Source: the human T2T-CHM13v2.0 reference genome, Homo sapiens
Strand: one strand, 5' to 3'
DNA: 64,000 bases
NCBI RefSeq assembly: GCF_009914755.1
Contig: NC_060936.1
This document shows positions 1 to 26,121 of this stretch, one piece after another (position 1 is the stretch's first letter; each line of letters starts with the position of its first letter). A program made the translations under genes and the position numbers. The notes below the pieces were generated by a model. It was not told where the DNA came from and did no database searches. It worked only from the letters and a program-made list of their open reading frames with translations.

Positions 1-597
1 ACATTGGACAGAAGTCTTCTACTCCATAGGATCATGACATTGACGTAAATCAAATCCTCAGACACCAAAGGAACATTTGGAAATAAATTTTCCATTTAGG
101 GTCATAATATTCATCATTGAACTTGTCCTCTTTTTGAAATGTTCGAGGGCATGTAGGATCAGGTTAATCATGACAGGCAGAAATAGTGCAGTATAGGGCA
201 TGTTAGCTGTTAAAGACCACTAAAGTTTAGAATATAGTTACTTTGTTGTCTTAAATCATCTGTTAGATGTACTCTCTTCAATGTAGTTAGAGCAGAATTA
301 TATTAAAATGAAAGGTTCTCGTTGATTCAGTCTGAATATTGCTGTTCATTGCACAAGCATTTCCAGCAGGAATTTCACCTTAGCTTGTGTGTCCCTGCAG
401 TCAAATGCAAGGGTGATCTTTGCCTGTTGAGATTATATATTGACAAACTGTGCCGCCTTGTGACCACATTGCTTACTTAGGCTATAGCATTGTTTTTATG
501 CACTCAAATTAAAAAAGTAAACCATATTCTCCCTGAACTTAAGCTCCGAAGTAGAGAAAAATCAGAACTAATTTGAAGGTTTAAGAAGTTCAGTGTT

Positions 598-5651
<5,054 letters not shown>

Positions 5652-5973
5652 GTATCAGTATATATGTTAAAGTATTTATTAAAGTATACAACAAATATAT
5701 GTAAATAATACAGTCACAGTATCAGAGTATAAAATGATTACTGAAAAATAAATTAATTTGAATAGTTACTGCAGAAAATAATCAATGGGGATTCTACTTG
5801 AAAATTCACTTTTTTATTTTGGAATTGTGTTGATTTTTATCCTGACACCCTTTGTTCTGGTATTAATTTCCATTACTAAGTTTTCCCAGCTTACCTCCTT
5901 TGAATGAATTGGGCCTTTTGCCAACCTTTTCTCACACTAACAGTATCCCAAGAGTGGTAATGGGTGGGCATGA

Positions 5974-6138
<165 letters not shown>

Positions 6139-7203
6139 TGAAATGTGTTTTTATTTACAGACATTTCCAAAGCCTAATCAAATGTTATGTTTTTCACTGC
6201 CAACCATCACTGGCTATCATTCTAAAGGATAATCACACTTTTCATGGTCAGTCTTAGGTGTCAGAATATGGCAGTAACATAACGTGTGACTTAGATGTCT
6301 TTTAATTGGCAAGTTTTGGGGGACCAAAAAATAATGACTAGCTTATACATCTTCAAACTCTTACCTGCAAACATAGTTGAAAAGTAGATTTGTTTGGAAA
6401 AGCCTTAGCCAATAAAGGGTATTTTCAAAATGATGTAGATGACAGCTGCTATTTGTATGTGGTTCACAATAAAAAGGTGCGTGTTTAGAGAGAGAGAGAA
6501 AGCAAACATGGCAAACCATTAATAATGGTGAGTCTAGGTGCAAAGTATATGAATGTTCATTTTACTATTTCACTTTTTCTATTGATGTGAAAAATTCTTT
6601 GAATAGTGAGGAAATGATTTTAAGTTGGGGACATTTGTGGGTTTGTATGAGAACCTGACTACTACCCATAGTAAGTAAATAGAGGTACCCTGAAAATAGT
6701 GAAGCCATGTCCTTCTCTTATAACACTAGGAATTAAAGTGGCATGGGAGAGACTGCTCACATTTGATTTCTTTGGTTTTTGGACCCTGTCACATGAGTAG
6801 GGGTTGTCAAGATAGCCCATGGGGCTAGTTGCCGTTTCTATTACAGTGAGAAAAGTAGGGGCCTTGAGTTGTTGGAGCCAGAAGTGGAGAATGCTTAGAG
6901 TTGAACTATATGAGTTTGAAAAATTGGGAACACAGAGGGGTTAAGAGCACTGCTTGAAGATGGTCTGCAAGCCGGGCTCAAATAGAAATCTAGGTGGGTC
7001 AGTACAGAGCTGCCTGACATAAGTAAGTAGCACATGGAGCATTGCTTGTTGTCACAGTTGTATGGCTGGTTGCTTGAACAGTAGCCAGTGGAAGACCTAG
7101 TAGAATGTGTAGAGAATCTGGGTGCCCTAGTCAAAAACCAGCGTCGGTATTTAAGTTGGGATGTGGTATTCATCTTGTGACCAGTTCTCTACTTCTGTCC
7201 TAG

Positions 7204-7683
<480 letters not shown>

Positions 7684-7939
7684 TAGAATATTCCGTGTCG
7701 TGGTTCTTTGTTCATCCTACCAATATGCCTTCATGCCATCAAAACTTTTGATTTGTAATTTCATACATTTCTGTGGGCTGTATGTATAGCCTGAGCTTAA
7801 TTTCTAATATTTGAGAGGATCTAATCATTTAATTCCTAAAACTTTCACAAAATACAGGATATCTGTATGGCTGATATACTTGTATTAGATGTAAGAGAAT
7901 TAGAGAAATTATATTTTCCTTTAATTAAAAAAAAAAAAA

Positions 7940-11285
<3,346 letters not shown>

Positions 11286-12229
11286 TCAACGTGGCCTGTT
11301 TAACTTGAGTTTTACATTTTTTAAATTCCCCTTAGAGAATGATTTGATCAGATTATTAATTGCTCATATTTCAGAGAAAGCACGAGAAAATATAGTTTTG
11401 ACATCACTTTCTGTAATTTTTTCTTTTTAGAGGAGGTTTTACAAGTTTTCATTTGCAATGAAAACACAAGCCTAAATCTTACTTTTCCAAACTGGGCTTC
11501 TGAATTATAATTTGTGAATGCAAATCAAGCAGTGGAAAAATTATCTTTAAGAAAATAGCTTATGTCGCTTTAAAAAATAAAATTAATCCTTTCCTAAGCA
11601 TGCTTCCATCTGTATTGTCTAGGGAACATCAATTCATTCAGCTCTGCGGGCTCCTTACTGTATACATATAGTTATGCAGCTTCATAGAACATGAGCTATT
11701 GCCACAATAAAAATAAGTGGGAAGGAGCAGAGAAGCAGTTTGTCTTATTTTACTCGGGAAATGTTTATGCAACTCTGAAATGTGAGTTTATTCTTCCCAA
11801 GCTTTTGTGCTTAGCTCTAAGGCAGGACTACCTAATACCACTCTCACAGCCAGCCATTTGAAATTTGGGATTCTGAGCAATCTAAAGAGTAACTTGTCTC
11901 TGGAACTGACCTTTTGCTGACCGGGAGTCCTCATAACTTGGATTTTGTGTGGGTTGTTGTGTCTTTGGTGCCACTGCTGCTCATTCATTCAGCACCTCAG
12001 TGATGCTGTTTTTCATACTGTTCGATTGGTCGGGGGTGTGATGGGCGAAGCAGTCTAATATAATTAAGCTAGTTAGGGTAAGGGACAGTACTGCTGATGC
12101 TGAGTGAGCCTCAGTGAGTTTTATTAAAGTTGTTTTCGTAAATGAAAGAGGTTGTTTGCCTTTGTCCTAAGCTAACAAAGGTAGTTTATTTGTGTAGCAT
12201 TTTTTAAAAATCCCTTTTAAATACTCTGA

Positions 12230-12337
<108 letters not shown>

Positions 12338-12634
12338 TGAGTAACCCTCCTCCTCATTTAAAGGATCTGGTGTGGCAGTTTAGTATTTGTATTGATTTGC
12401 AGCATGTCTACAAAGTTAAGACAGCTTTCTGAATGTGGCTCAAGTCAACACTTATTACTAAAGTAGTAAATGTTTTTAAAACAAAAACTTTGAAAGATGA
12501 ACCAAAGGTTATAATCCAGTCATCTTTTTGCATCTTCTGGGCTCCAAACTTTCAAGAGGGATTTGTGTTTGTTATTCACTGTAGCCAGTGGTGGAAGAAT
12601 TGAATTAAGAATTTCTGGTCTTTTTACTGATTGA

Positions 12635-12952
<318 letters not shown>

Positions 12953-13653
12953 TAGAAGGAATGGCTGTTCCTAGTTCAAGGGTGGGGTGGGTGGAATGAA
13001 AGTCTAGCCTGCCTTCCTCCCTTTTGAAAGTCAAGGGTGCCTGATTTTGTTTCCCCCTTCCATTCAGAACCTGATGGTGGGGCCAGCATGACCTCACCAA
13101 AGAAAGCTGAGAGCCTTTCACATATCCTCTGTGACTGAGCATTGCAGTTAGTTAACTTAAAGTTGTAGTATATGTGATGTTCTTTCTGTTGATAGCATAC
13201 TTACTATAAATGAATAAAACCCAGGATAGAAAATGCTTTCCTGAAAGCAAAGGATATAGTTTCTGTCTCAAAGGTAAGCTAGTCCCTGTCAGAGACAGAA
13301 TGTGAACTCTTCAGAATGATAAGCAGTGACATGGAATTACATTATTATGTGAAGGCACTCTTTGAATTAATAGTGTGATCAGTGGCTTCTTATATTTGGG
13401 TGAAATAATAAATACTGTGTTTGATGTCATCTTATATTTAAGGGAAATGAAAAACCTACTTATTAGAATAAGATCACATGCACACCTGTACTTTGAGTAT
13501 GTTTTTAATTATCTGGGTCACCTGTTTCAGAGGAGGATAAAAATGGCCTTACAGTGTTGTAATAGAGGACAGATTGTGCTTTTGTGGAAAAAAAATATTA
13601 AAGATAAATTTATCTGTGTACTTCTCCCTTTTTTCTACTTTCTGTGCCTTTAA

Positions 13654-13803
<150 letters not shown>

Positions 13804-14173
13804 TGAACCTGGTTTATTGTTCATGCTGCTTATCAGTCGTACTATATATACTTAGTGTCTGCACTGTCCTACTCTCTTAGAAAACTAATTATACCTTATC
13901 TCCTCAAACTTACAGTATTTCCTTCCCCATATTCACTCTCAGGTAAGATGCTCTTCCTGTGTATTTGACCAGGAAAATAAAAGCAATCAATAGCTAATTT
14001 CCTTGAGCGACCCTCTGGGCCCACAGGGGCTGCCTTCTCCCATAGTGCTGTGAACAGTGTTCTTGCTCCTAGCAGAAGCCACCTCCTCCCAACATCTTTG
14101 CTGCATTATTGATTTCCATCTCTACTAGATGTTCTTCAGCATAGGGGGAAATAATAGTGTCTTTCTATCTTGA

Positions 14174-14551
<378 letters not shown>

Positions 14552-14599
14552 TAACTCATTTGATGAGACCAGCATAACCAAATACCAAAGGTCAATGTG

Positions 14600-17500
14600 G
14601 TGATGGTGGTGGCAGTGGCAGTGGCAGTGGCAGAGGGCACCCACATTGTTCATGTATACACTGAACAAATAAGTGGCCTCTGAGCCTTTTTCTGCCTGTC
14701 AGAGTCTTTGAGACAGGGCTCATTCGACCAGCATCACTATGACAAGGGCCAGTAGCAAGGATGGGGAGTCTCCACAGTGAGTTGGACCTGAGTGAGGTTC
14801 CTCTCAAAGAGCTGCTGCTCCCTCCTGCCAAGACCACCATACTGGACCTGTCCTGCAGTACTGCCCTTAGATTTCTGTGGCCTCACAAGCCCGGGGAGCC
14901 TAGACCTCAGTAGAAACACTTTGCAACGGCTGCTGGTGAAGAATGGCCATCCATTGAGTCTCTAGCACCTGGGTCTCCTCAAAAGACTGGTCCCCCTGCC
15001 TGTCACTTGGCTCAGCTTAAGAACTTGAAGTGGACCAGGCGCAGTGGCTCACACCTGTAATCCCAACACTTTGGGAAGCTGAGGCGGGAGAGTCACTTGA
15101 GGCCTAGAGTTTAGGTTGCAGCATCACTGCACTTGAGCCTGGGCAACAGAGTCAGACCCCATCTCAAAAAAAAATTAAGGCCTGAAGTGGCTAAACTTGA
15201 AGGATAACTCCCTTTATCTTATCCTGGCCAAAGTGGTAGATGATTGCTTGGATGAGAAGTGATATGCAGATAAGATGTTGCAATACACAAAGTCTGTGTG
15301 GGTCAGTCGGTCACGTGGGTGCCAAGGACAGGTGGGAGAGAAGAAGCAAGCTACAGAAGCAGCTCAAGAATGGGAACTGCGGAAGCTGATTGTATTGGAG
15401 GAAGGAGTGTGATGCTCTCAGAGCAGCCAGGGAGGAGCAGAAGGAGCTTAGGGACGTAAGTCAGGCTCTCAAAGTCTATGTCTGGTTCCTGCCCCCACAA
15501 ACCACCACCCAGGAAACATCATTCCTGAGCTGTGTGGCAGCAGCAGCAGCTGCTCCTTTTATATGGCAGACAGGGTGATTGCTTGTTGGGCAAGAGCCCT
15601 CCTACACTATCTTAGAGTGAATACCCTCTATCTGCAGTCCAGGGTCTGCACAGCCACATGGTCCTCTAATAGGTCCACCAGACCATTTGCCTGCAAACAG
15701 CCTCATCCTCAGTGCCCACTGTCTCCTAGCTGTGGAGCTTGGATTCCTATGGAATTGGGTTCTGCTGAACATACCTCTTTTTAGCATCAGACCTACCTGT
15801 CTGTCATCACCATGGGGCTGCCAGTCAGTACTTTTGCAGCCTCTTTATAGGACATTGTTGTAACTTAGGGTTCCCTGGTAGAATAAGGAGCGATGGGAAG
15901 GGGAGAGGTTCTGCCTGCCTGAAGGAACAGGTCTGGGGGAGGAGAGAGGTAAAACTCAGCCTTTTCTAGTTGTCATACACAGCTGTATAAAGGCAAGCCT
16001 CATTTAGCAAAATGATTAGTTGTCACCACGTTTAATGCTTTTTGTATGTCATAAGCCCTTTCATCCCTTCCTGGATAATAAGGGCAAATGAGGAGGCATT
16101 GTGTCATTGGGGGGTAGTACAGCCTGAGTTGGGAGGGAGCAGTATACCTGTTTTCTTAATAACCTCAAATATCAGGCATTTTAGTGACCACACAAAATCT
16201 CAGGGTGAAAAGTTCTAGACCATCATGTCCAGCCTGCAGTTAGGGACACCTAGCCCTTCCATGACCTGTATGGCGTGGTCTTCCGGTTAGTGTGAGGCAG
16301 CATTTTGTCTCCTTTATACTGTCCTGAGAAAACAAAACTCACACTGGAATTGAGACTGTCTCAGCTGAAATATAGATTCCTTTTCAGTAAACTGATGCAC
16401 AATTCACAAATAGCAGTCTCAAAGCCATGAAGGCCTTGGACCACTCCTTTGGCTTCTTCCCTCTACCCATGTGTCTTCCATGAACCCGAAGCAGTCCAGG
16501 CTTATTCACTCTGCCAGTAAGCAAGGAGTTGGATCCTGGCAGAGCCACGCTGCCTGTGATCTATTAGTTGGTGTAACTAAAAATCTGAGGCAGCCTGAAA
16601 ACAGCTTCACAGATTGAGGGTTTGAGTCGTTTGATTCTAGACCTCTGACTACTCCACTGAGTGATGGGAAACAAGTCATGTAATGGGGCTGAACCAGCAC
16701 TGGCTCACTAGCCAGTGACCACACAAGTACGGGCAATACTGTCATCCTTGTGTCTCCCTGCTCCAGAGCTCCCTTGTCCCATCTTTTTCACATCCCTTGG
16801 CCAAGGGATCGGAAACAGCTGTCATGCTGCTCATTCACTAAGGAGTTCCAAACACAAGCTCTTTGCCTCCCTTCCCACTTGAGACAGCAGGAACCCATGT
16901 GTAGTTTAGAAGCAGAGAGAGCAGGTCCAGCATTTTGGCCCCATGGCTTGTTTGGTGAGGTCTGTGGTTCTTGGCCAGCCTAGTACTGAAAGGGATTTCC
17001 CTCCCCCACTCCCAGCCCAAGACCTCTTACCTGGGTAGGTCCACGCCTTCCTCAGAATCATTGCGTGTTCCTTTAGTCATCCCAGTGCCATTGGCGCAAA
17101 TGCTTAATTGAAACTAAACACACGTGTGATTGAGATGATACAGAATCTAGCGTAGCACTCATACCCATTCCTTTGCTGCCTGAGACGGTTCAGTGGCTGG
17201 CAGGCCAGCAGGATCGCTGCAGGGCCCTGAGCCCCATCTAGTCAGTTCATCAGCCTTCAGTCCTCCCGTAGCTTCCTAGGTTAGATGCTGATGTTCTTGG
17301 GGATTTCTATGATGATTTTTAAATGTGTGTCAGTGGGAGCAAATATAATTAACTCACCACATTAACCAAATTAAGGTGGAAAAAACAATAAGGTCACCTC
17401 AGTAGGTGCATATGATGAAACGCATCTTATCACACCAAACTAAGACTATAAAAGTGTGTCTTTAACGCTGACAGTGTGTTTACACAGAGACCATGCTAAC

Positions 17501-17620
17501 ATAACAGAATTCTCACCATTTCTATGCAGTATTATACTGGCATTCCTGGTCTGTGTAATAGGCAAGAAAAGTACAAAAACTGGAAGAGAAGGGGTATCTT
17601 TAGTTGTAGGTAACGATATA
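14600..17620 (+). pseudogene. LRRC59-like processed pseudogene (decayed CDS about 14739-15700, probable 3' UTR remnant beyond; outer boundaries uncertain)
   Basis: Intronless fragments MTRASSKDG, ELDLSEVPLKEL, TILDLSC, DFCGLT, LDLS, AQLKNLKW/LNLKDN, AKVVDDCLDEK, RKECDALRAAREEQK, VNTLY follow the LRRC59 order, with frameshifts and stops. Confidence 0.85.
15034..15174 (+). mobile_element. Short/deleted old Alu inserted in the LRRC59 retrocopy
   Basis: Alu ends with A tail; degenerate target-site duplication ttaagaacttgaagtgg / ttaaggcctgaagtgg. Confidence 0.8.
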
Positions 17621-17639
17621 AAGCCAAAGGTTTATTCTC

Positions 17640-18880
17640 AGTCTTCGTCTTCCTATTTTGTTGGTGCTGTCACTCGCTCCCTCTTTGAAGCACCTCTTCA
17701 CTTGGCTTCCACGATCCCATACTTGCTCTCCCTCCCTGGCCTCTCATTCGAGGTCTTTGTAGCTGGGTCTTTCACAAGGCACCAGGAGGTGAAGGCTCCA
17801 TAGTCCTCAGCCATTTCTGTCTATAGTTACTCCCATGATCTCTTCTGGTCTCATTACTATAATCAGTAGCCACTAGCTATCTAAAACTACTTAGAATACC
17901 TAAAAACACTTCCTTAGATGCCCTAGCCATATTCACTTAAAGTGCTTATCCATCACGTGTGACAGCCACATGAACAGTGGCCACAGAGCATTGCCATCTT
18001 TCACAGAGTTCTGGTGGACAGCTCTGCTTGGGGCCATCTCTTCACCTCCAACGTTCCCTAGTTTAAGTCAGTGTCATTATACTGAATGGTATTCCTTGTC
18101 TCCCTTCAGCCAATGCTTTTGTTTTTTGAGATGGAGTTTGCTCTTTCGTCCAGGGTGGAGTGAAGTGGCGCAATCTCATCTCACTGGAATCTCTGCCCCC
18201 CTGGCTTTAAGCAGTTCTCCTGCCTCGGCCTCCTGAGTAGCTGGGATTACAGGTGCCTGCCACCACACCTAGCTAATTTTTGTAGACAGGGTTTCACCAT
18301 GTTGGCCAGGCTGGTCATGAACTGCTGACCTCAGGTGATCCACTGCACCCGACCACCTTCAGCCAATTCTTGACAACTGGAGCTTGAGACCCTCCGTTGT
18401 CTTCTGTTTTACTTGTCTTAAAAGCCAAATGCCCCATAATGACTTTTGAGGTCTTAATGACCTGCTTCTACCATCCTCTGCCATTACCTGCCTCACCTTT
18501 TGCTCATGTAAACTCTATTCCAGCCACGTTGGCACTCCTTTACCATTCCAGGACTTGCCAGGTTGCACTTCCGTTCTCTGCCTGGTGGGTCTTCACCACC
18601 ACCCACTGGGTTCACACACATCTTTTCAGGCCCCATGGGGCCATCTTTATTCAAATGTCACCGCCTTCTGGCCACTTTATGTAACAGTTCATATGTATGT
18701 ATGCAAATTTTCTATCCCCCTTCCCTTTTTCTCTATAGCACTTGTGTTACTTTTGCATCTTAGTCTGTCTCTCCCAAAATAGGGGACAAGTTTCATGAGG
18801 GCAAAAACCTGTCTGTTTTGTTTATTGCTATATTCCTAGCATCTGTCATGTAATAGGTGTGCTTACTGCTTGTTAGGTAA
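17640..18880 (+). mobile_element. L2-like relic interrupted by an Alu (about 18118-18355, -) and possibly another short element
   Basis: Pyrimidine-rich L2 signature and 3' end (tcatgagggc...tgtctgttttgtttattgctatattcctagca...taggtg). Confidence 0.6.
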
Positions 18881-18931
18881 AAAAGTTCAGAAATTGCCAC
18901 CCAGTAGTATCCATATTTGTTCCCTTTGTAG

Positions 18932-19075
<144 letters not shown>

Positions 19076-19144
19076 TGAGATGTTCTTGCCAGGGTTAAGA
19101 TCCCGGTGAACCAATAAAACAAAATTGTTTATCTAAATCTGTAA

Positions 19145-19378
<234 letters not shown>

Positions 19379-20028
19379 TAATGAAAAGTTTCTTTGTCCA
19401 CACCCTGCACGATTCATTGTGTTTAAACAGTACTCCTTCAAGCAAAAGGTCAAACAGTTCTCACTTTTGCCAAGAAAGAGGTGTGGTTATTTGTTTTTCT
19501 GCCTGCCAGCTGTGTCACCCTTAAAATTTGCTGCTTCAAACATACATAGTTAATAATTTCATAAAAGTGTTATTTTCAAAGTAGAATATTTTCAAAGTAG
19601 AATAATCAAGATGAGCTTAAGCTTGTAAACCCCATTTTGCCTCTCATCTAAATCATGATTTTTTTTAAATTGGTGACATTTCTAGAATATTCATTAGTTA
19701 CTGAAGGTCAAAAGATCCAAGTTGGAGATTACTTCCACTTTTCTACTCAGAGTAGAATTCTTTTATATCAAGGATGTGACATCCTAAAGCTATGAACAAA
19801 ATGAAGAAGCTTTGGTACTGTGGGCTCAGAATAGCACAAGAGTTAAAGAATGGTTTGATAACGGGTGTAGTGGTATTTTTTTTTCTCATAAGAAAATGCA
19901 AAAACCGCCAGGCACGGTGGCTCAAATGCCTGTAATCTCAGCACTTTGGGAGGCCGAGGCTGGCAGATCACCTGGGGTTGGGGGTTTGAGACCAGCCTGA
20001 CCAACATGGAGAAACCACATCTCTACTA

Positions 20029-20187
<159 letters not shown>

Positions 20188-20309
20188 TCAAAAAAAAAAA
20201 AAGAAAAAAAATGCAGAAACCTGTCTCAATGTTTAACTGGGCATTTTTCAAACTAGGGGACAAAAACTAGAACTTGCCACTTTTATTTAAAGTGATGCTC
20301 TTATTTTAG

Positions 20310-20702
<393 letters not shown>

Positions 20703-21854
20703 TAATTTTGACCACTGAATTTTTTTGTCATAGCTCCCTAATTTGGAATTTGTCATGATTTGGGTCTTTTCTCTAGAATTCGGTGAATCAGTGGTTAGCA
20801 TGTTGTGTGCTACTTGCAGGGAAGATCCTAGAGTCGTTTAAAACCCAGAAGGGCCTTCCAGATCAGTCCCAGAGGAACAATCTGGTGATCTAGTCTCTTT
20901 TTTAAATGAGACGTGTTTTTATTGTAAGTTTTCTGAAAATTGAGGATGTAATCAGTCAGTTGTTTGGATCACCCTGCTTTTAAGTTCTTTAAGAGCTGGC
21001 TATTGATGAAGCATTTCCAGTATTCTTCCCCTCACCTGATTTTCACCCAGATACATTATGTTAAATTTACTTTCTTCTCTTTTAAAAAAAAATCTTAGTT
21101 TTGAAACATACTATAAGTGTACTCTCCTCTCCCCCAGAGGTAACTGAAGTTGGAATTTAGCAAAAATATTAAAAACATGGGAGTGCTGTTTTTGTGTCTG
21201 TAGACAGTATTATTTTTGCATGCTTTTGAAGGCATATTTTTTGGCCGAGTGCAGTGGCTCATGCCTGTAACCCCAACACTTGGGAGGCCGAGGCAGGTGA
21301 ATCACTTGGGGTCAGGAGTTCAAGACCAGCCTGGCCAACATGGTGAAACCCCGTCTGTACTAAAAATACAAAAAATTGCTGGGTGTGGTGGTGGGCGCCT
21401 GTAATCCCAGCTACTCGGGAGATTGAGGCAGGAGAATCGCTTGAACCCAGGAGGCGTGCAGTGAGCCGAGACTGCGCCACTGCACTACAGCCTGGGCGAC
21501 AGAGCGGGACTCCATCTCAGAAAAATAAAAATTTGCATATTTTTGCAATCTGCATCTTTCTACTTGAAATTTATCCATGTGGATACAAGTGCTTCCTCTT
21601 GACTGCCACATAGGTTGTGTTTTTGTTTTTAGTAAGATAATACAGATAAATTTGAAGTCCCCTTTGTCCCACTTCGGTAAACTTATTTGGTAATTTTACA
21701 TTTCCTAGGTAAAATGTGTTTTGTGACACCAACTTATGAAACAAAAATTCTAAAACTCTTTGCCAAGAGACCTACGGCTCTATTCATTTTCCTCCTGCTT
21801 CCCATTCAGTGGGCTTTTGCCTAGGGGTATGAATGTGGCATGCCAGTTGGCTGA

Positions 21855-22100
<246 letters not shown>

Positions 22101-22826
22101 TAGGTCTCTGTGACAGCATCACTTACTGTACGCCTTTATCTAAATGGGTCATGGAGCCCAGTTCTCGCAGTTTGCTCTCCAGATTGCAGCAGCTTTGGTC
22201 TTTGTGCCTGAGTTGGAAGAGGGGAGTGGGCAAGACAGAAATGCCTTATGGAAGCAGTGGTGCTTTGGCCCTCGGGAGGGTTGTCTGCAGCTGCCCCAAT
22301 GTGCAAAGAATCCTCTTTAACGTGAGACTGAGCTAACATTAACCAGGTAGTCACATGAAATTCTTGCCCTCCAAAAGTTGGCTTTTTCTCAGTCAGCTTA
22401 ATAATTTTTTTATTTTTATTTATTTTTTTGAGACAGTCTCGCTGTCGCCCAGGCTTCGGGCAGTGGCACGATCTCAGCTCACTGTCCCCTCCACCTCCTG
22501 GGTTCAAGCCTCCCGAACAGCTGGGATTACAGGCATGCGCCACCACTCCCTGCCATTTTTTTGTGTTTTAGTAGAAATGAGGTTTCACCATGTTGCCCAG
22601 GCTGGTCTCTTAACTGCTGAGCTCAGCCAGTCTGCCCACCTTGGCTTCCCAAAGTGCTGGGATTACAGGCATAAGCCACCGCACCTGGCCTCAGTCATCT
22701 GAATTTAAGTAATAAACTAAGTAAAATTGAGCTTTAATTCAAAATTGGGTATAAGTATTTTACAGATTACCTGAAGTTGTTGTCATTTATTTTTCTGGAG
22801 GAGGGCGGGTTGATGATGCTCTTTAA

Positions 22827-23159
<333 letters not shown>

Positions 23160-24445
23160 TAAAAGCGTGTTTTTTCTTCTATCCCCGTATAGGGTAGCAA
23201 AAGACAGAGATGCCCTCTTACAGTTCGATGAACTATACATCCAATTTACCAGAGTCCTTTCACAGTTAGTTCCAGTTTTAGCATCCTGCCCTTACTTGGG
23301 CTTTTCTGAATGAGCAATTAAACATCAGGGTTTTCAGATTGAGCCCTCTGTGCAAAGGGATAAGAATGATTCACGCTAGGTTCTGCCTTCCAAGAGTTCA
23401 TAGGTGGGATTTAAATAGATAATTGTCACCAAGTTATAAAATTTAGTCCCTGTTTCCATAAGAGAAGGGTTGCGCAGTGGCTGGTCCCTTTTATATATAA
23501 ATCATCTCTTTAGCCCTCATCTTCCTCACCCCGGGTTCTTCCCCATTTCATAGATTGGGAAAGTGAGGTGAAATCACTTCCCTGGGATCCCATAGGAAGG
23601 CATTGTGTTTTCATAATATATTCACATGACTTCAAATTCAAAAAGCACACAATGGCATAGAATGGAAAGGGTTTGGGCCAGTCACTTCCCTCTGGCGTTG
23701 AGGTGCTCATGTACCCTGTGCCCTTCCGGAGAGATTCCAGCATGCTGTGCACACCTGCATGTTGACCCTTGTCTTGCCTTCTTCCTGCTTGTCAGATCCT
23801 TCCATATCCGGACATGCGTAGTGCCTCATCCTTGCAGCCAGCGGCCTTCATGCTCCACTGTAATTCGTGGGTTAGTGGGTATATGCACTTGTTGTTTTTG
23901 ATGCTACCACATGGGGATATTTGCCTCGTCTGAACTCTGTGTATTCTCTGCTGCACCTTGTTGCTTCTTTGCAATAAACTTCCTGAACTCAAAGCTAATA
24001 CTGGGGGGAATCCCAGAAGCTGCTGAGGGCAGGGCCATGCTGCTCAGTGTTCCACCCTAGCTCCTGACAGCATTTCCCTAGAAAACTGCTGCTGGGCCTC
24101 TAATGGAGCAAATAAATCTGTGTACAACTAGGCAGCAATAGTTTGTCCAAAAGTCCTGGTGTAATCTAGTCCCTCAAACTGTGCAGCCTTACATGGAGTA
24201 CACACACACTTGCAGCCTTGAAGTACTACCCACTGAGGGGAGAAGGCACGGCAAGGGGAAAGGTTGGCACAGGATGGAGCAAGTGCTTTTTCTCACACAT
24301 TCTGGAGGAAAAGTTATCCAGTTCTTCTGTTCTAGAAACACCCCTGTCCTTCAGAAACCAGGGTCTAGTTGCTCTGGCTACCAGGCGTGAGCAGGTGGTG
24401 GTAGCACCACAGGCCCCGGTTACCATCACTGTCCCATGTCTTTGA

Positions 24446-24739
<294 letters not shown>

Positions 24740-24875
24740 TAAGATGATTCTGAAGGACCAGGGCTTCTCCGAGAAATTGGGGTAAACCTCTTGGCTGGCT
24801 CTGCATTCAGGCTGGTCTGTGCTAGGCTTGGTATGGGGTTGGAGCCTGGACTTGGGAAATATACTGGGCTGATAG

Positions 24876-25070
<195 letters not shown>

Positions 25071-25601
25071 TGACTGCCAGGGCACCAGGGAATTGTGTGT
25101 AGTCACGGTTGATTGAGGATCACAGGACAGTTCTTCCCTTCCCAAAAGAAAGGAGAACAGGCAATACCAGTTTTAAAAGCATGAGCTGTCGTCACCTCCA
25201 GGAAGTAGTGGGAGTGCTTAGCCCTGTGTTTCTTAGGAGCTCTTCCTTAAAAGAAACCGTGGGGGCCAAAAATAGGAACTTTGGTACCCCTGTATGCCAG
25301 CACCCACAGGGAAGGAACCTCACCCTTTCACACAGACAAATGGTACCATCCAGTTAAGCCCGTGACAAAAATGGAAATTTCTAAATAGCCCAAGTCTCCA
25401 GGGCAATTGGGAACAGCTTTGAACCCACTAAGATGGGGTCTGCTATGCCAAAACATAGATACAGAATTCACAGTTTGTCCTGCATTAGGACATTCTCTTC
25501 AACTTTGCCACTGTAGAAAGTGGAGGTAGGTCAGCGGATGGTGCCACATTAACAGCCGCCTTACTGAAGTGTAGTCCAACAGGGTCTTACTGCCACTGTG
25601 A

Positions 25602-26121
<520 letters not shown>

